DNA of 64,000 nucleotides from an uncultured Bacilli bacterium (GTDB lineage Bacteria; Bacillota_I; Bacilli_A; RF39; UBA660): NCBI GenBank assembly GCA_963931545.1, contig OZ007025.1, positions 137,145 to 201,144 of the forward strand, read 5' to 3'. Shown piece by piece: positions 60,538 to 64,000 of this stretch (position 1 is its first letter; each line of letters starts with the position of its first letter). The notes under the pieces were generated by a model. It saw only the letters and a program-made list of their open reading frames with translations, ran no database searches and was not told where the DNA came from. The position numbers and the translations under genes were made by a program.

Positions 60538-61068
60538 ATGAGTCGTATAGGAAACAGAGTACTTTCAATACCTGAAAATGTTACCGTAACTACTGATGGC
60601 AATGTTATTACAGTTAAGGGACCTAAGGGTGAACTTTCTACTGAAATAAATAAAAATATTGCTATAGAAGTAAAAGATAATGAACTTGTAGTTACAAGAA
60701 AAAGTGATGCTTATAAAGCATTTCATGGAACAGCAAATGCGAATATTGCAAATATGATTAAAGGTGTAACTGAAGGTTTTGAAAAGAAATTAGAAATAGT
60801 TGGTGTTGGATATCGTTTTAATTTAGCTGGTAATAAGTTAACTATTCAAGCAGGTTATTCACACCCTGTAGTTATGGAAGTTCCAGCAGGTTTAACTGCG
60901 GAATGCCCAAGTAATACAGAACTTACTATTAAAGGTGCTGACAAACAATTAGTTGGAGAGTTTGCGGCTAATGTCAGAAAAGTTAGAAAACCTGAGCCAT
61001 ATAAAGGTAAAGGTATTCGTTACCAAGATGAGTATATCATCAGAAAAGTTGGTAAGAAAGCTGCTTAA
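60538..61068 (+). CDS. rplF: 50S ribosomal protein L6
   Basis: 176 aa, [17 protein letters not shown]. Confidence 0.95.
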   Translation: MSRIGNRVLSIPENVTVTTDGNVITVKGPKGELSTEINKNIAIEVKDNELVVTRKSDAYKAFHGTANANIANMIKGVTEGFEKKLEIVGVGYRFNLAGNKLTIQAGYSHPVVMEVPAGLTAECPSNTELTIKGADKQLVGEFAANVRKVRKPEPYKGKGIRYQDEYIIRKVGKKAA

Positions 61069-61088
61069 TTAGAAAGGAAGAAGAAATT

Positions 61089-61451
61089 ATGATAAAGAAA
61101 GTTAATCGTAACGAAGTGCGTCAAGCTAGACATGCTAGAGTTAGAAAAACTGTTAGTGGAACTACTGATGTACCTAGATTAAATGTGTTTAGATCAAATA
61201 GTAATATTTTCGCACAAATTATCGATGATACTAAAGGTGTAACTTTGGTTTCAGCTTCTTCAATTGATAAAGATTTGAAACTAGAAAATGGTGGAAATAT
61301 CGAAGCAGCTGTCAAAGTCGGAGAATTAATTGCGAAAAGAGCTAAAAAAGCAAAAATTACTAAAGTAGTATTCGATAGAGGTGGATACTTATATCATGGA
61401 CGTGTTAAAGCTTTAGCTGAAGCTGCACGTGAAAATGGTTTAGAATTCTAA
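61089..61451 (+). CDS. rplR: 50S ribosomal protein L18
   Basis: 120 aa, [34 protein letters not shown]. Confidence 0.95.
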   Translation: MIKKVNRNEVRQARHARVRKTVSGTTDVPRLNVFRSNSNIFAQIIDDTKGVTLVSASSIDKDLKLENGGNIEAAVKVGELIAKRAKKAKITKVVFDRGGYLYHGRVKALAEAARENGLEF

Positions 61452-61466
61452 AAGGAGGGAAATATA

Positions 61467-61970
61467 GTGGAAAAACAAAGAAGAGAACCCCGTCCAAAAC
61501 AATTTGACGAAGAAGTTATCAGCATCGGAAGAGTTACTAAGGTAACTAAAGGTGGCCGTCAACTTCGTTTTGCAGCAACTGCTGTTGTTGGAGACCGTAA
61601 AGGTCGTGTTGGTATCGGTTCTGGTAAAGCAGCCGAAGTACCAAATGCTATTAAAAAAGCTGTAGCAGCTGCTACTAAGAATGTTACTAATGTCGCTATT
61701 GTTGGTGGCAATACTATCCCACATGAAGCTATTGGAAGAAGAGGAGCTAGTAAAGTTTTACTAAAACCTGCTTCTAAAGGTACTGGAGTTAAAGCTGGTG
61801 GACCTGTTCGTTCTGTGTTAGAACTTGCTGGTGTTAAAGATATTTTATCTAAATCGCTTGGCTCAAGCACAAAAATTAATATGGCATATGCAACTTTAGA
61901 TGCTTTAAAGCAACAAAAAACTGCTGAAGAAGTAGCTAAGTTACGTGGTAAGAAAGTAGAGGAATTATAA
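61467..61970 (+). CDS. rpsE: 30S ribosomal protein S5
   Basis: 167 aa with a GTG start. [23 protein letters not shown]. Confidence 0.95.
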   Translation: MEKQRREPRPKQFDEEVISIGRVTKVTKGGRQLRFAATAVVGDRKGRVGIGSGKAAEVPNAIKKAVAAATKNVTNVAIVGGNTIPHEAIGRRGASKVLLKPASKGTGVKAGGPVRSVLELAGVKDILSKSLGSSTKINMAYATLDALKQQKTAEEVAKLRGKKVEEL

Positions 61971-61971
61971 T

Positions 61972-62415
61972 ATGAAGTTACATACTGTAAAACCAAATCC
62001 ATATGCTACTAAGGCTCGTAAAAGAGTTGGTAGAGGACCAGGAAGCGGAACTGGCAAAACTGCTGGTAGAGGTGAAAATGGTCAAAATTCACGTAGTGGT
62101 GGAGGAGTTAGAGTAGGCTTCGAAGGTGGTCAAACTCCTTTATTTAGAAGATTACCTAAAAGAGGTTTCTCTAATGCTAAATTTAAAAAAGTGTATGCTG
62201 TTATTAATTTATCAGATTTAAATAGATTTGAAGATGGTGCTACGGTTACTCCAGAGATTTTAAAAGATATGGGATTAGTTAAGAATACTTTAGATGGTAT
62301 TAAAGTTCTTGGTAATGGTAAATTAGAAAAGAAATTAACGGTTAAAGCTAATAAGTTCTCTGCTTCTGCTTTTGAACAAATAGAAAAATTAGGTGGAAAA
62401 GCAGAGGTGATCTAA
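61972..62415 (+). CDS. rplO: 50S ribosomal protein L15
   Basis: 147 aa, [34 protein letters not shown]. It starts 2 nt after the rpsE stop, so no L30 gene lies between. Confidence 0.95.
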   Translation: MKLHTVKPNPYATKARKRVGRGPGSGTGKTAGRGENGQNSRSGGGVRVGFEGGQTPLFRRLPKRGFSNAKFKKVYAVINLSDLNRFEDGATVTPEILKDMGLVKNTLDGIKVLGNGKLEKKLTVKANKFSASAFEQIEKLGGKAEVI

Positions 62416-63666
62416 TTGATTACAAAGATTAAACAATTCTTTAGTAAAGATAATAAAGATTTAAGAAAAAAAGTATGGTTCACTTTTGCAATGCTATTTA
62501 TATTTAAATTAGGTACTGCAATTGTTGTGCCTGGAGTAGATGATGATTTAAATGTTGGATTTTTAGAGCTGCTTAATATTTTAGGTGGCGGAGCTATGCA
62601 GAATTTTTCAATTTTTGCTTTAGGTGTTATGCCTTATATTACAGCATCTATTATAATGCAATTATTACAAATGGATATTATTCCTTATTTCTCAGATTTG
62701 GCTAAACAAGGACAAACTGGTAGAAATAAGATTAATCAAATTACTAGAATCTTAGGTATTGTACTTGCTTTTGTTCAAGGTTATATGTTTTCTTTTGCTT
62801 TTATTCAAGATGGAACAGTAATCGATTATATGGAAGCAGCTTTAGTAATGACAGCTGGTACTTCACTTTTACTTTGGATTGGTGATCAAATCACTAAGAA
62901 AGGTTTAGGTAATGGTACTTCTATGATAATTATGGCTGGTATTTTAGCAAGTACTCCATACATGTTCACTCAAGCTTATGATGGTTTAGTTACTGTAGAT
63001 GCTGGAACAATGGGTGTAGTTAAGTTTGTTTTATTTATTATTCTTTATTTGGCTATTATACTTGGAGTTTTATTTGTTCAGCTTGCTGAAAGAAGAATTC
63101 CGATTCAATATGCGAATAAGTCTGATAATGTGTTTGCAAACAAACAAACTTACATGCCATTTAAGTTGAATTCTGCTGGAGTTGTACCTGTTATCTTTGC
63201 TTCGGCATTGATATCAGCACCAGCTTTAATAGCTCAATTTTCTAAAAATGAAGATATGATGAAGTTTGTCAATGAATGGCTTAGCTTATCATCAGTTACA
63301 GGATTTATTTTATTTATCATATTTATTGTGGCATTTTCATTCTTCTATACGTTTATTGTTATTAAACCTAAAGAGATGGCTGAAAATTTACAGAAATCTG
63401 GAGGGTATATTCCAGGTGTTAGGCCAGGAGATGAAACAATTAAATATGTTAGTAAAGTGTTAATTAGACTTACGGTTGTTGGTTCAGTATTTTTAGCTGT
63501 TATTGCTGGGTTACCTTATGTATTTAGTATGGTATCTAAGCTACCATCAACTGTATCACTTGGTGGAACTGGACTTTTAATTGTTATTGGTGTTATATTA
63601 GAAGTATATAAACAAATTGAAAGTGGTTTAATTAGCCGTAGTTATAAACGCCGGAGAATGTATTAA
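62416..63666 (+). CDS. secY: Protein translocase subunit SecY
   Basis: 416 aa with 10 TM segments and a TTG start. Conserved position after rplO. Confidence 0.95.
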   Translation: MITKIKQFFSKDNKDLRKKVWFTFAMLFIFKLGTAIVVPGVDDDLNVGFLELLNILGGGAMQNFSIFALGVMPYITASIIMQLLQMDIIPYFSDLAKQGQTGRNKINQITRILGIVLAFVQGYMFSFAFIQDGTVIDYMEAALVMTAGTSLLLWIGDQITKKGLGNGTSMIIMAGILASTPYMFTQAYDGLVTVDAGTMGVVKFVLFIILYLAIILGVLFVQLAERRIPIQYANKSDNVFANKQTYMPFKLNSAGVVPVIFASALISAPALIAQFSKNEDMMKFVNEWLSLSSVTGFILFIIFIVAFSFFYTFIVIKPKEMAENLQKSGGYIPGVRPGDETIKYVSKVLIRLTVVGSVFLAVIAGLPYVFSMVSKLPSTVSLGGTGLLIVIGVILEVYKQIESGLISRSYKRRRMY

Positions 63667-64000
63667 TGAATATAACATTTATTTCAGCTCCAGCCGCTGG
63701 TAAGGGTTTGATATCATCAATGCTTAATGAGAAATATGGTTATCCTCATGTTTCAATTGGGGATTTACTTAGGAGTGTTGATGATGATACTGTTAAAAAA
63801 CAGTTAGAAAATGGGGAGTTTGTCGATAATAAGTTGATTGCTAGATTACTTAAGGATAGACTTAGTAAATCTGATTGTAAAGATGGCTTTATATTAGATG
63901 GATTTCCTAGAAATGTCTCACAAATTTCTATTTATGAAGATATTTGTGAGAAAGCTAATGATAAAAAAAACATTATAATTGTTTTAGAGATACCTAGAGA
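63666..64000 (+). CDS. adk: Adenylate kinase (N-terminal part; continues beyond window)
   Basis: P-loop SAPAAGKG and GDLLRS. The ATG overlaps the secY stop (TAATG). Confidence 0.9.
   Translation, partial: MNITFISAPAAGKGLISSMLNEKYGYPHVSIGDLLRSVDDDTVKKQLENGEFVDNKLIARLLKDRLSKSDCKDGFILDGFPRNVSQISIYEDICEKANDKKNIIIVLEIPR

Noticed and set aside
61121-62002. Three minus-strand ORFs (64, 94 and 147 aa)
   Set aside because: Antisense to rplR/rpsE. The GC-richer ribosomal genes often give open antisense frames.
63266-63463. 65-aa plus-strand ORF
   Set aside because: Alternative frame inside secY.

Overview
Low-GC (about 26-28% by eye) Firmicutes chromosome segment that spans the replication origin. 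The conserved origin cluster gyrB'-recF-(ComK-like)-dnaN-dnaA lies on the minus strand. DnaA-box clusters flank dnaA on both sides. Downstream on the plus strand run rpmH-rnpA-yidC-jag-(UPF0371)-(HD)-mnmE-mnmG-rsmG and a ParB/Noc-like gene, followed by housekeeping genes: dapF, an opuC-type ABC transporter, uvrB, lgt, trxB, yvcK-whiA, a DHH gene with rplI and dnaB, an M23 peptidase, rlmH, murA, rpmE, gpsA and a UbiB-family kinase. Sporulation markers (SpoIIR, a YtaF/MntP-like membrane protein, a BclA-like collagen-repeat protein, WhiA) point to an endospore-forming clostridial-type organism with standard genetic code. The window ends with the S10-spc ribosomal protein operons through secY and the start of adk; no L30 gene sits between rpsE and rplO. 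No tRNA, rRNA, CRISPR array, transposase or integrase is visible. The most unusual region is about 47.3-53.4 kb. It holds a TasA/camelysin-like protein with a SipW-cognate-type signal peptide, a SipW-type (S26B) signal peptidase fused to a roughly 250-aa polytopic membrane domain, a DUF5305-like membrane protein, and a 787-aa secreted multidomain protein. That large protein carries the same signal type plus FN3 and Hint (intein-like autoprocessing) domains and an unknown C-terminal module, and is followed by a Fic/Doc-family protein with a degenerate active-site motif. A second candidate accessory element is a roughly 1.5-kb insertion between mnmE and mnmG that carries a putative type I toxin-antitoxin pair and two uncharacterised genes.
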